Assembly: GCA_963741955.1 (NCBI GenBank)
Contig: CAVUKB010000005.1
Location: forward strand, 544,001-608,000
Length of the DNA: 64,000 nt
Direction: 5' to 3'
Origin: an uncultured Acidobacteriota bacterium
Lineage (GTDB): Bacteria; Acidobacteriota; Thermoanaerobaculia; Gp7-AA8
In this document: piece by piece, positions 49,771-59,342 of the stretch
Position numbering within the stretch: position 1 is the stretch's first letter
Layout of the letters: each line of letters opens with the position of its first letter
Notes under the pieces: model-generated
What the model saw: the letters and a program-made list of their open reading frames with translations, nothing else
What the model was told of the DNA's origin: nothing
Databases searched by the model: none
Program-made: the position numbers and the translations under genes

Positions 49771-50799
49771 ATGGCATCCGAACGTTTTGAGAATGCGGTT
49801 CGAGGAATCGCGCAGAAAGTTCCGCCGGTCTGGATGATGCGTCAGGCCGGCCGGTATCACCGGCACTACCAGGAGATGCGGAAGAAGCACTCGTTCATGG
49901 AGCTCTGCCGCGTCCCGGATCTGGCGGCCGAAGTCGCGCGCGGCCCGGTGGCCGATTTCGATTTCGACCTGGCGATCCTCTTCAGCGATCTCCTCTTCCC
50001 GCTCGAAGCGCTCGGGCTCGGACTCACGTACGAGGACTCCGGGCCGAAGCTCGAGCCGCACCTCGACGCATCGCTTCTCCCGCGGCTCCGCCCGACGGCG
50101 GACGCACTGCCGTACCTCGAGTTTCAGCGCGAGGCGGTCCGCCGCACACGCGAAGTGATCCCCGAATCGAAGAGCGTGATCGGCTTCGTCGGCGGACCGT
50201 GGACGCTCTACGTCTACGCGGTGGAAGGAAGCCACCAGGGGAACATCACCCGCGCGAAGAGCGACCCCACACTCTACAAGCGATTCATCGAGCATCTGGT
50301 GCCGCTGCTGATCGAGAACATCCGGATGCAGCTCGACGGCGGCGCCGAAGTGGTGATGCTGTTCGACACGGCCGCAGGCGAGGTCGCGCCGGCGTGGTTC
50401 CGCCGCGAGGTGATCCCCGACATCGCGTCGCTGGTGGAAGCGTTCCCCGGACGGGTCGGCTATTACGCGCGCGGCATCCAGCCCGCCCATCTGCGCGATC
50501 CGCGCTTCGATTCCATCCCTCTGGCGGGAGTCGGAATCGACTGGCGCTGGGACATGCCCGAAGCCCTTTCGCTGTACGGCGGACGCGGCTTCGTGCAGGG
50601 GAATTTCGATCAGTCCCTCCTGTTCTTGCCTCCGGAGGAGTTCGGGAAGGAGCTTCGGCGGTATCTGGAGCCTCTCCTCGCGCTCTCACCCGAACAGAGG
50701 CGCGGCTGGGTCGCAGGGCTCGGCCACGGTGTTCTCCCCCGGACGCCGGAAGAAAACGTACGGACGTTCGTCAGGACCGTACGGGAGACGTTCAAATGA
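49771..50799 (+). CDS. hemE: Uroporphyrinogen decarboxylase
   Basis: PVWMMRQAGRY, ILFSDLL, GFVGGPWTL, QGNFD and LGHGVLP. Confidence 0.95.
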   Translation: MASERFENAVRGIAQKVPPVWMMRQAGRYHRHYQEMRKKHSFMELCRVPDLAAEVARGPVADFDFDLAILFSDLLFPLEALGLGLTYEDSGPKLEPHLDASLLPRLRPTADALPYLEFQREAVRRTREVIPESKSVIGFVGGPWTLYVYAVEGSHQGNITRAKSDPTLYKRFIEHLVPLLIENIRMQLDGGAEVVMLFDTAAGEVAPAWFRREVIPDIASLVEAFPGRVGYYARGIQPAHLRDPRFDSIPLAGVGIDWRWDMPEALSLYGGRGFVQGNFDQSLLFLPPEEFGKELRRYLEPLLALSPEQRRGWVAGLGHGVLPRTPEENVRTFVRTVRETFK

Positions 50800-52172
50800 C
50801 CTACGACCCCACAGCCGCACTCCGGCCACGATCGGACCTCTTCGAGAAGTACGACATGCCGGTGCCCCGTTACACCAGCTATCCGACCGTCCCCTTCTGG
50901 ACGGAGAGTCCCACCACGGAACAGTGGCTCGGAGCATTGCGGCAAGCCGCATCGAACCCGCAGGCGACCTGGGCGATCTACCTTCACATCCCGTTCTGCG
51001 AGTCGCTCTGCACGTTCTGCGGCTGCAACAACGTGATCACCCAGAACCACCGCCGCGAAGAGCCGTACGTCCGGACTCTGCACAAAGAGTTCGGGATGTA
51101 CCTCGACGCCGTCCCTCAGCTCCGCGAGCGCCAGCTCCGGCAGCTGCACCTCGGCGGCGGCACGCCGACGTTCCTCGCCCCCGACACCCTGCGCGCGATG
51201 ATCGAGCCGATGCTTCGCGACCTCGACGTCCGGAGCCACGAGTTCGACGCATCCGCCGAAGTGAATCCGCGCGTCACCAGCGCCGAGCATCTCCGGGCGC
51301 TCCGGGAGCTCGGCTTCACCCGCGTCTCGATGGGCGTTCAGGATTTCGATCCGACCGTTCAGTACCTGGTCAACCGCATCCAGCCGTACGACGTCACTGA
51401 AGGTCTGACCCGCTCCGCTCGGGAGATGGGCTACACGTCGGTCAACTACGACCTGATCTACGGACTCCCGAAACAGACTCCGGAGACGATCCGGAAGACC
51501 GCCGAGCTGACCGCCGGCCTGCAGCCCGACCGGATCGCGCTCTACAGCTTCGCGAAGGTCCCGTGGATCAAGCCTGCGCAGCGTCTGTTCAAGGACGAGG
51601 ATCTTCCCGAAGGGCCGGCGAAGCGCGAGCTGTACGAGATCGCGCGCGAGATCTTCCTGAAGGCGGGGTACGTCGAGATCGGGATGGATCACTTCGCGCT
51701 TCCGCACGATTCGCTCTGCGTGGCTCAGGGGAACGGGAACCTCCACCGGAACTTCATGGGCTACACCGAATTCCGGACCGACATCATGCTCGGCATGGGC
51801 GTGAGCGCGATCTCCGAGACCCCCACCTGCTTCCACCAGAACGTGAAGAAGGCACCCGACTACGAGCGCATCGTCAACGAAGGATCGATTCCGACGCTGC
51901 GCGGTCACCTCCTCAACGAGGACGACCGGCGCCTGCGAAGGCAGATCACCCGGTTCATGACCTCCCTCCACGTGGAGCTCGATCCGGAGCAGATCGAGGA
52001 TGCGCCGCGCTTCCTCGAGCAGATGATCGGCGACGGCCTGGTGGAGATCGACGGAGACGAGCTGCGGCTGACCGACGCCGGCCGGCCGTTCCTCCGCAAC
52101 GCCGCGGTCTTTTTCGACCAGCGGCTCCGCGTCGCCGAGCCCGAGTCGCGGATCTTCTCGATGGCGATATGA
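50796..52172 (+). CDS. hemN: Oxygen-independent coproporphyrinogen III oxidase (radical SAM)
   Basis: PRYTSYPT, HIPFCESLCTFCGC, GGGTPT, IGMDHFA and RNFMGY. Confidence 0.93.
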   Translation: MTYDPTAALRPRSDLFEKYDMPVPRYTSYPTVPFWTESPTTEQWLGALRQAASNPQATWAIYLHIPFCESLCTFCGCNNVITQNHRREEPYVRTLHKEFGMYLDAVPQLRERQLRQLHLGGGTPTFLAPDTLRAMIEPMLRDLDVRSHEFDASAEVNPRVTSAEHLRALRELGFTRVSMGVQDFDPTVQYLVNRIQPYDVTEGLTRSAREMGYTSVNYDLIYGLPKQTPETIRKTAELTAGLQPDRIALYSFAKVPWIKPAQRLFKDEDLPEGPAKRELYEIAREIFLKAGYVEIGMDHFALPHDSLCVAQGNGNLHRNFMGYTEFRTDIMLGMGVSAISETPTCFHQNVKKAPDYERIVNEGSIPTLRGHLLNEDDRRLRRQITRFMTSLHVELDPEQIEDAPRFLEQMIGDGLVEIDGDELRLTDAGRPFLRNAAVFFDQRLRVAEPESRIFSMAI

Positions 52173-53377
52173 GTCGCGTCACGATCGTCGGAGGGGGAGT
52201 CTCGGGACTGGTCACGGCGTATTACCTCGCTCGTGAAGGAGTCTCGGTCACGCTGCTCGAAAAACAGGAGCGGCTCGGCGGACTGGTCGACACGCTTCGC
52301 ACCCCGTACGGACCTGTCGAAGCGGCTGCGAGCGGAATCCGCAGCTCCGCACGTTTCGAAGAGATCTGCCGCGAGCTCGACGTCCCTCTGGTCACCACCA
52401 TGAAGGAAAGTCGCAAGCGCTACCTCTATCGCGGCGCGCCGCGGCAGTGGCCTCTCGGTCCTGCCGAGTCGCTCGGGTTCGCCGGGAAGATCACCGCACA
52501 CTACCTCACGCGCACGCACCTCCCCCGCCCCGGCGAGAGTGTGAACGTCTGGGGAGAGCGGGTCCTCGGGCGCGCTCCGACCCACTACATCCTCGGCGCG
52601 GCGCTCCAGGGAATCTACGCCGGCGATCCGGCCGAGCTGAGCGCGAGCATGATCATGGGGAAGATGCGCCAGAAGCCGGCGAAGGGAGAGAAGAAGGGGC
52701 TGGTCGCACCGCCGGTCGGCCTGATCGAGTTCATCGAAGCACTCACCGCACGCCTGAAAGAATTCGGAGTGGAGATCCGCACCGGCGTCTCTGCGGAACC
52801 CTCTCTCGATGGCGAAGGAGCGGTCGTGATCTCGACCTCGGCGAAGGACGCGGCGACGCTCCTGCGCGAGCGCGCTCCGGGCGCAGCCGAAGCGATCGGA
52901 TCGATCGAGATGTTGCCGCTGCTCCGGGTGACGGCGTTCTATCCGGAGAGCGAGAACACGGTGAAGGGCTTCGGCATCCTCTTCCCCCGCGAGGAGGGAG
53001 TCCGGGCGCTCGGGGTCCTCTTCAACACGAACATCTTTCCCAACCGCGGCGAGGGGCATTCGGAGAGCTGGATCTACGGCGGCGCACAGGATCGCGGCGT
53101 GGTCGATCTCGACGACGATGCGATCCTCGAGATGATGAACCGCGATCGGGAGACGCTCTATCGGCGGAGGGTCGAGCCGATCGCGTGCTATCCGCAGCGC
53201 TGGCCTCTCGGCCTTCCCCATTACGACCTCCACCTCGAGGAGCTCCGGCGCAAGGGGTTCGAGCTTCCTTCCGGGATCTTCCTCGCCGGGAATTACCTCC
53301 GGGGCATCGGCCTCCCGCTTCTGCTCGAGCAGAGCTACGACACGGCCGGACGCGTCCGCGCCTGGCTCGCGCGCTGA
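52169..53377 (+). CDS. hemY: HemY-type FAD-dependent (proto/copro)porphyrinogen oxidase
   Basis: GGGVSGL...EKQERLGG, GIYAGDP and LAGNYLRGIG; in the hem operon. Confidence 0.85.
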   Translation: MSRVTIVGGGVSGLVTAYYLAREGVSVTLLEKQERLGGLVDTLRTPYGPVEAAASGIRSSARFEEICRELDVPLVTTMKESRKRYLYRGAPRQWPLGPAESLGFAGKITAHYLTRTHLPRPGESVNVWGERVLGRAPTHYILGAALQGIYAGDPAELSASMIMGKMRQKPAKGEKKGLVAPPVGLIEFIEALTARLKEFGVEIRTGVSAEPSLDGEGAVVISTSAKDAATLLRERAPGAAEAIGSIEMLPLLRVTAFYPESENTVKGFGILFPREEGVRALGVLFNTNIFPNRGEGHSESWIYGGAQDRGVVDLDDDAILEMMNRDRETLYRRRVEPIACYPQRWPLGLPHYDLHLEELRRKGFELPSGIFLAGNYLRGIGLPLLLEQSYDTAGRVRAWLAR

Positions 53378-53460
53378 AGGGCGAAGGATCGGGATGAGAG
53401 GGGTGAGCCCGGCTCGCCCCGAGAGACTCTCGGGACACCTGCCGTAATCTGCTAGAACAT

Positions 53461-53493
53461 TGGCGTCCCCAACGGGATTCGAACCCGTGTTGC
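53461..53493 (-). other. 33-nt tRNA-Glu 3' fragment, probable att site at the island boundary
   Basis: Reverse complement GCAACACGGGTTCGAATCCCGTTGGGGACGCCA contains a T-arm, the 3' acceptor strand and CCA; no anticodon or D arm upstream. Confidence 0.8.
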
Positions 53494-53791
53494 GCTGCAG
53501 CCTCAAGCGGGCGAGAAACCGAGCAAAAGACTGAGATTCAGCTAGTTGATGGCGGCCTCATTCGAGCGTGTGTCCACCGGGAACCGTTCCGTTCTGCCGT
53601 TCTGCGGACATCGAATGAGAGCGTTTTGAGAGTGCCGTGCGACTCCGCCTCGTGCGTGCTGCGGGTACCGAGGAGCGCCGAATGATTGGCCGCTTCGTCG
53701 CGACGCTGCTCGACCTCTTCATCCGGCACGAGTTCCGCCAGGAGGCGGCGTACGTCGAAGCGTTCCCCTCGCGCGCAACGGCCTTCTGACG

Positions 53792-54544
53792 ATGACGAGC
53801 CCCTCCGACCCGGCGAGCGCCACCCCGGCGCCTCTCCGACCGCGACGTCGCGGCGCTCACGTTCATCGGCGAGGCGGCGGAGGTCAGCCAGGGCCAGCTC
53901 CACCTCGCGTGCTTCGACGGCCGGGCCGAGTCCATCGTGTCGCGCTGGGTCCGGCGGATGGCCGGCCGGAAGCTCATCGTCGTCGAATGGTGGAACCGGA
54001 ACGGGATCGCGCGGATCCGCCTCACGACCGGCGGTCGCGACGCGGTCGTCGCGCGCGGCGTCGAAGCCGCGCGCCTCTTCGTGCCCCGGAGCTTCCTCGC
54101 GGCGAGCATCGTGGTTCACAGCCTGACGATCGTTGACGCGCTCGTCGCGCTGCGGCGGTCCGAGCATCCGCCGACGATCCTGCTCACCGCATGGGCGCTG
54201 CAGCGCTGTCACCGGCACCGCTTCCCGGTCATCCCCGACTTCCTCGCCGTCTGGGCGCGGCGCGACCGCACGCCGCGGCTCGTCGTCGCGGGCGAGATCG
54301 ACATGGGCTCGGAGAGCCTCCGGGTCTTCGTCCGGAAGCTCCACAAGCTGAGCGCTACGATCGCCGCGTACGCTGGGTCTGCACCGTCGGCGATCCTGGT
54401 CCTGACGAACGGCGCGCGGAGGCGATCCGGCAGCGGACTATGGAACTCATCGACGGCCCCGCGCTCATCGTCGGGACGCTCCCGACGGCGACGGGGCGGA
54501 GGCGCATCGAGGAGCTCCAGAAAGCGCTTGCCATGCGTGCCTAA
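53792..54544 (+). pseudogene. Degraded replication-relaxation (Replic_Relax-like) protein
   Basis: LSDRDVAALTFIGE..., HSLTIVD, IPDFL and EIDMGSE motifs; the ATG (53792) and the plausible C-terminus are in different frames from the core. Confidence 0.6.
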
Positions 54545-54668
54545 CGTACCGGGATGTGCGAAGACCGGGTGCGAAGACGACTTCGCTCTTCGAGTCACGA
54601 AACTCCCTTTCGGTGCGCGAGTTACATCGGCGAGGGACGTGTCGCTTAGGGGCGACGAACATCGGCGC

Positions 54669-56510
54669 TCACTCTGATTCGTCCTCATCGTCTGCGGCCA
54701 GCGCCTGTGAATCTGGAGTAACTGCGATCGCGCGTCCGAAGTACCCCGAATCCTGATTACTCCTCCATGAGTCGGCGGTCGTGGGCTGGTGGTTCAGCGC
54801 AGCCCGGTCGATGATGTCGTCGAGGAGCTTCAGGATAGGGCGCTGCTTTGGTCGATCTGCGTACGGCGTGTCGGCGACTGCTGCGATCAGGAGCTTTGCG
54901 AGCTCGTCGAGGCAGGTCACTTTGTCGAGGTCGTGGCCGAGGCGCGACCGGTGGAGTGCACTGAGAGGGTCGGCCTTTCGCCGATCGTATGCGCGCTCAG
55001 TGTCGGCAACCTCGCCTTCGGTAAACTGATACCTTCCGTCGGAAACCGTCGTGAGCGCTGATGCGATTTCTGCGTGCGTGAAGTTGTCGAACTCGATGTT
55101 GCGCTTCCAGAGGTGGATGTACTCGGGACACGTAAGCATCCGTTTCGGATGGAGTCTTGATCGCACGGCCAGGAGCCGCTTCGTCACCTGCTCGACGCGC
55201 CCCTCCCTGTCGAGGACCACCACCACTACCGTCTGGCGGTAGTGGTAGTCATCGATGAACTTCTCCAGCGCCCCGCGCTTCTCGTGCCTCTTGCTCCCGG
55301 TGTACTCGCCGACGCCTCCGAGCGTACGCATCTCGATTCCGAGAGTTGGGAAGGAGTGCCCGAGCGCATCCCGCGCGATGCGAGGGATCGCGGATTCCTC
55401 GCCGGGACCTTCGACGACGAGGATGAGTTTCGGGCGAGGATTCAGGTGGTAGGTGTTCACGACAAACTCGAGGTGCTTCAGGGGGTCGTCCGGGACTTCC
55501 TCGCCGTAGAACTCCGCGTTCGTCCAGGTCCGATCCTCGTCGGGTGGGTACAGGTCGAGCGCGCGGGCGTCCATCGCGAACAGTCGCACCATATGCTCCA
55601 TCGCGTAGAGTAGCTGCGCGAACTGCGCGACGCCTTTGAGCTGCTCCTTTCTATCGAGGGCGATGAAACGCACGAGCTGGTACCACCGTTCAAGAGGGTC
55701 GCGGCTCTGAGCGAGCATCGCGAGCGTGCGGTGGATCCCCTCCAGTTCCTCGGCGTCGATTGACAGTTCAGCGGCGTGGGCGATCGGGCTCCAATTGGCA
55801 ATGAAGTCGTACCAGTCCCAGTCGAAGCGCCGATCCTTGAGCGTGATCGTGCGACGGTCCGTTTGGGTCAGGGGGTAGTACCGAGCAGAGACAGCCTGAC
55901 AGACGAAGGCCACGTCGTCCTGATGCGACGGTCCCTGGAGTGCCTGGACCGTCTGGTTCCCCAACGACATCATTCGCTCGATCACCGGTGGCGGTTCGGT
56001 GAGGCCGGCGAAGATCGAGGTGTCGACGCGCGACGTGAGCCACATTTGCTTCCACTCGAGCGGGAAGCACTGGAACATCGAGTACAGGCTCTCGGTGTGC
56101 GCCTCCCCGGCGGCGTCTCTGTACGTCTCCCACGCTTCGAAGGGTGTGGCACGGGGATCCCACAGGTGCCCGCCCTCGAGCAGGTCGATCGCTTCCGGCG
56201 CGTCGAGGCGCCACCGCCCCCTCTCCGACCGAACGTCGCCCGCCCACACCTCTCCGTCCTTGAGGATGCCATGGTCCCGATAGCGCTTCCCCCCATCGAG
56301 GTACTCGAGCTTCCGCGTAACGCGAGGCCAGCGCACCCGCGCGATGGGATAGAGGACTCCGAGTCGCTCGAATCGTTCGAGTTGCTCCCCGCTCGTTTCC
56401 ACGCCGCGCTCCTTGCAGAACGAGACGAACTCCCGCACCGGGAGCAGCGGGCAGACGGCGAACGCGTCGTTCGCGATCAGGTATCGGAGGCGGTGGGTCA
56501 AGTCTAGCAC
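54669..56510 (-). CDS. 613-aa protein with a C-terminal OLD-like TOPRIM domain; last gene of the CBASS-containing operon
   Basis: KLILVVEGPGEE...TLGGVG...VVLDREG...NIEFDNF; AGGAGA RBS overlaps the upstream stop. Confidence 0.7.
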   Translation of the reverse strand: MLDLTHRLRYLIANDAFAVCPLLPVREFVSFCKERGVETSGEQLERFERLGVLYPIARVRWPRVTRKLEYLDGGKRYRDHGILKDGEVWAGDVRSERGRWRLDAPEAIDLLEGGHLWDPRATPFEAWETYRDAAGEAHTESLYSMFQCFPLEWKQMWLTSRVDTSIFAGLTEPPPVIERMMSLGNQTVQALQGPSHQDDVAFVCQAVSARYYPLTQTDRRTITLKDRRFDWDWYDFIANWSPIAHAAELSIDAEELEGIHRTLAMLAQSRDPLERWYQLVRFIALDRKEQLKGVAQFAQLLYAMEHMVRLFAMDARALDLYPPDEDRTWTNAEFYGEEVPDDPLKHLEFVVNTYHLNPRPKLILVVEGPGEESAIPRIARDALGHSFPTLGIEMRTLGGVGEYTGSKRHEKRGALEKFIDDYHYRQTVVVVVLDREGRVEQVTKRLLAVRSRLHPKRMLTCPEYIHLWKRNIEFDNFTHAEIASALTTVSDGRYQFTEGEVADTERAYDRRKADPLSALHRSRLGHDLDKVTCLDELAKLLIAAVADTPYADRPKQRPILKLLDDIIDRAALNHQPTTADSWRSNQDSGYFGRAIAVTPDSQALAADDEDESE

Positions 56511-56525
56511 AATCTGAGTGTTCTC

Positions 56526-57218
56526 CTAATGAGGGGGATCTGCACGCATGGAACTCTGTTGCCGCGTCGCCTCGTTCAGCCTCTCGAAGGATCGCCTCGC
56601 CACCGTCCACGTGATGGTGCCGCGAAGCTCCGCGACCTTTTCACGGTGACACCTCCGCAGCACTTTTCCACTCCCGCAGGGGCAGGGCCAATGCCCCTTG
56701 ATCTCGCGACGAGACAAGTATCCGACGAACGCGAGCACGATCCGCGGGTCGTCGATGCCGATTCTCGACGCGTAGAACTGCAGCGTCCCCGCCGCGCCGT
56801 GCGCCCACTGGCCGAACGGCCATTCGCCGAACTTCTCGAAGTAGAGCTGGCTCACGAAGAAGCTACGAACGGGACCCTGAAGGAAGTCGAGGAGCGTCGA
56901 GCCCGGAGGGAAATAGACCGCTTCCTCCTCGGGGATGAAGAGGCATGCTCCGCCGTGGGCTTCGACGTGGCGATCACTGATGCGCGGAATGCGCCCGCCG
57001 ATCTCGCGCACGACGGGCGCGGTCGCAGGGTAGTCATCTGGCAGGATCACCTCGATCTGGAATCGATCGATGGTCTCTCCGGCGAGCGCGACTGGGAAGC
57101 TGCCTCGGAGGACGAGGCGCTCCTCCGGAAAGAAGTGAAGGTTCGGATAGGCCCGCCTAACGTCCGCTCGTTGGCAGGCGTACTCTTCAGGCGCGCGGAG
57201 GTGCCATCGCTCAGTCAT
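56526..57218 (-). CDS. Prokaryotic E2/UBC-like protein with a C-terminal SEC-C zinc motif
   Basis: IEVILPDDYPATAPVV...RHVEAHGGACL (UBC fold with putative catalytic Cys); CPCGSGKVLRRCH. Confidence 0.8.
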   Translation of the reverse strand: MTERWHLRAPEEYACQRADVRRAYPNLHFFPEERLVLRGSFPVALAGETIDRFQIEVILPDDYPATAPVVREIGGRIPRISDRHVEAHGGACLFIPEEEAVYFPPGSTLLDFLQGPVRSFFVSQLYFEKFGEWPFGQWAHGAAGTLQFYASRIGIDDPRIVLAFVGYLSRREIKGHWPCPCGSGKVLRRCHREKVAELRGTITWTVARRSFERLNEATRQQSSMRADPPH

Positions 57219-58116
57219 CCTCAAGAGACACCCATGGCTTCGGCGCGGCCACCACGATCGACGGCGCCTGTCGCAGCACGTCACGCTTTTGCGCTTCGGT
57301 GGATTGCTCCAGAGCGCCGAATACCGCCTCCCACCCCGATGACTCGATGTCGGCGAGGGTGTCGGACGCGACCGTCCTCAACTCCTCCTTGATTGCATCG
57401 TCCAAGAGCTCGGAGAGATCGTTCCCGGTCGGGTTGGCCGGATCCTCAATCGCGATGGCGGCGATGTGATCGCGAAGCTCCGTCCAGACGTGCACCAGCT
57501 GCGCGGTGAGCGACTCGCTCGCCCGGCCCTGTAGGAGTTCGACCGTCAGCAGCTCGAGGATGAAGATCCGGACCGAAAGCGCGTTGCGTGATCGCCAGAG
57601 CTTCATGAGGCGGATGGCATCGCGAACACCGCTGTCGCTGATGTGGTCGATGTGCTTCTGCAGGTTCGTCTTCTGACGACCCTTCTCGCCTGACGAACGG
57701 TAGAGGAATGCATCGTCTCGATCGCCGTCGGTGAAGCGCCCCGGGACCACGTCGATGTGAAAGTCGGGGTTCGTGTCGTCGCAGCCCTTCAGGCGGAGGG
57801 CGGACGGTTTCTCCTCGATGAAGTAGTCGTCTTTCAGGGCTCCTTTCACACTTCCGTAGATCTCCTTGAGAGTCTCGCCTGCCGAGGCGTCGTCGTTGTC
57901 GAAGTAGCAGATGACGTCGAGGTCGTAGCTCTCTCTGATCATCGTGCCCTTCGCCTTCGAGCCCCCGTACCTGATGATCGGGGCCGCGAACTTCTTGCGG
58001 AGGAGCGTCTCGACATCATCCCGGTGCTGCCGGAGGGCCTTCATCTCGTCGCCCTCCTCCTGGAGCGTCTGCGAATCAAGGGTCTTCTGGAGGTACTCGT
58101 TGTCAGTCATGGTCAT
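57211..58116 (-). CDS. cGAS/DncV-like nucleotidyltransferase (CD-NTase/SMODS)
   Basis: YGGSKAKGT...YDLDVI...IDVVPG, IRLMKLWR and IEDPANPTGND; adjacent to a SAVED effector. Confidence 0.88.
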   Translation of the reverse strand: MTMTDNEYLQKTLDSQTLQEEGDEMKALRQHRDDVETLLRKKFAAPIIRYGGSKAKGTMIRESYDLDVICYFDNDDASAGETLKEIYGSVKGALKDDYFIEEKPSALRLKGCDDTNPDFHIDVVPGRFTDGDRDDAFLYRSSGEKGRQKTNLQKHIDHISDSGVRDAIRLMKLWRSRNALSVRIFILELLTVELLQGRASESLTAQLVHVWTELRDHIAAIAIEDPANPTGNDLSELLDDAIKEELRTVASDTLADIESSGWEAVFGALEQSTEAQKRDVLRQAPSIVVAAPKPWVSLEDD

Positions 58117-59332
58117 TGATCCTTATGGTTTTGCGGAAGCCGCCGAGATTCTTGTCGAAGTCGTAGACGACAAGCGCCGGGTCGACTTTGTGAAAGAGAC
58201 TGCGGCCGCTCGCGACCGCTACGGGTGCTGGGACTGCGGGGAACAGGTGAAGCTCTGTCAGTCCGACGTGATCCTTCGCAATCACGCGGAGAAGCTGCTG
58301 GAATGTCTGTTCGAAACGACGGAGATCGTCACGTCGCCGGAGGAAGTTGGGATTGGGCGTCGCGCCGTCGAGCGTGAGTTCGTAGATGCTGAACTCCGGG
58401 GAGAGCTGGTCGGACACCGCGGCGAGCGGGATCGCGCCGCTGAGTGAGAGGACGAGGGCCACCTTGGCCGGGTTGCTCCCCTCGACGAGGCGCCGTGACG
58501 CGTACTGCGCGGGATCGCCTTTCGTCCTCCAGGTCCAGGACTCGGGTTGCCGGTGGCGCTGGTACAGGTCGGCGTCAATCTTGTCGCTCAACCGATTCCC
58601 GAGGTGCATCAGGAGGGGCATCGGCCCGAGGGCAAACACCGACACGTGGGAAACGCGCGACCCATCAACGCGATCCGCGTAGAGTCTCGTCACCTTCTCG
58701 TCGATCGCTGCCACAGCGGAAGCGTAGAACGCCTCCGTCCCGGTATCCGGAAGAGCGGTCAGGTCGATCATGCACGGTTCGTCCGAGTCGACGTACCGCG
58801 GCGCAACGGCCGCCTGTACCTGGGGGAGAGAGATTGCCACCGGCCGACCGCCGATGTTGGCCTTGAGCACCAGGGCCGTGGTCTTGAATTCGGGGTGCAT
58901 CGCGGTCAGCTCGGATATGCGCTTCTCATGACGGCGCTTGAACGCGCGAAGCGTGGAGACGGTGTACCGGTCGGGATGATCATCGATGAGTTTGTGACAT
59001 TCGCTGCACAGAAGCATCAGGTTGTTGACGTCGTTAATGTGGGCCCTGGAGAGCGCCTTCACCTTCCCGCGCGGCCCCTGCGTGCTGAAGGCGACGATGT
59101 GGGCGGCTTGGGCGAAGTTACCCTCCGTTAAAGTCAGGCTGTGGCGGAATAGGTATTTGTTGTGACCATCAAACTCGCACCTTCCGCCGGCGCGAACAGC
59201 GAGCAGAACGCGCGTTAGGGGCTTAACTTCGCGCGTTGGATTCACCGAACGAACGGCACTCGACAGCGTTGCGGCCCTCGTGCGAGCGCGGGTCGATCCT
59301 GTGGCCAGGCGTGTTTTCGCGATGTTCTTCAT
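58103..59332 (-). CDS. HNH-SAVED effector nuclease (Cap5-like)
   Basis: AGGRCEF...AAHIVAFSTQGPRG...NLMLLCSECHKLID (HNH); VSVFALGPMPLL...LYQRHR...LSLSG...LHLFPAVPAPVAV...GR (SAVED). Confidence 0.9.
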   Translation of the reverse strand: MKNIAKTRLATGSTRARTRAATLSSAVRSVNPTREVKPLTRVLLAVRAGGRCEFDGHNKYLFRHSLTLTEGNFAQAAHIVAFSTQGPRGKVKALSRAHINDVNNLMLLCSECHKLIDDHPDRYTVSTLRAFKRRHEKRISELTAMHPEFKTTALVLKANIGGRPVAISLPQVQAAVAPRYVDSDEPCMIDLTALPDTGTEAFYASAVAAIDEKVTRLYADRVDGSRVSHVSVFALGPMPLLMHLGNRLSDKIDADLYQRHRQPESWTWRTKGDPAQYASRRLVEGSNPAKVALVLSLSGAIPLAAVSDQLSPEFSIYELTLDGATPNPNFLRRRDDLRRFEQTFQQLLRVIAKDHVGLTELHLFPAVPAPVAVASGRSLFHKVDPALVVYDFDKNLGGFRKTIRINDHD

Positions 59333-59342
59333 GGCTTTCTAG

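Noticed and set aside
50199-53377. Long N-terminal extensions on hemN and hemY (also the permease at 13432-15720 and AIM24 at 30786)
   Set aside because: They overlap upstream genes out of frame; downstream starts with stop/start overlap or an RBS fit better.
53400-53420. Intrinsic terminator after hemY
   Set aside because: A GC hairpin is present but has no U-tract; too weak to call.
53461-53540. Complete tRNA gene
   Set aside because: Only the T-arm and 3' acceptor strand are present; the adjoining sequence has no anticodon arm, D arm or 5' GTCCCC strand.
53787-53795. TGA codons upstream of the relaxase-like frame read as selenocysteine
   Set aside because: Not at a redox motif and no convincing SECIS; better explained by frameshift decay.
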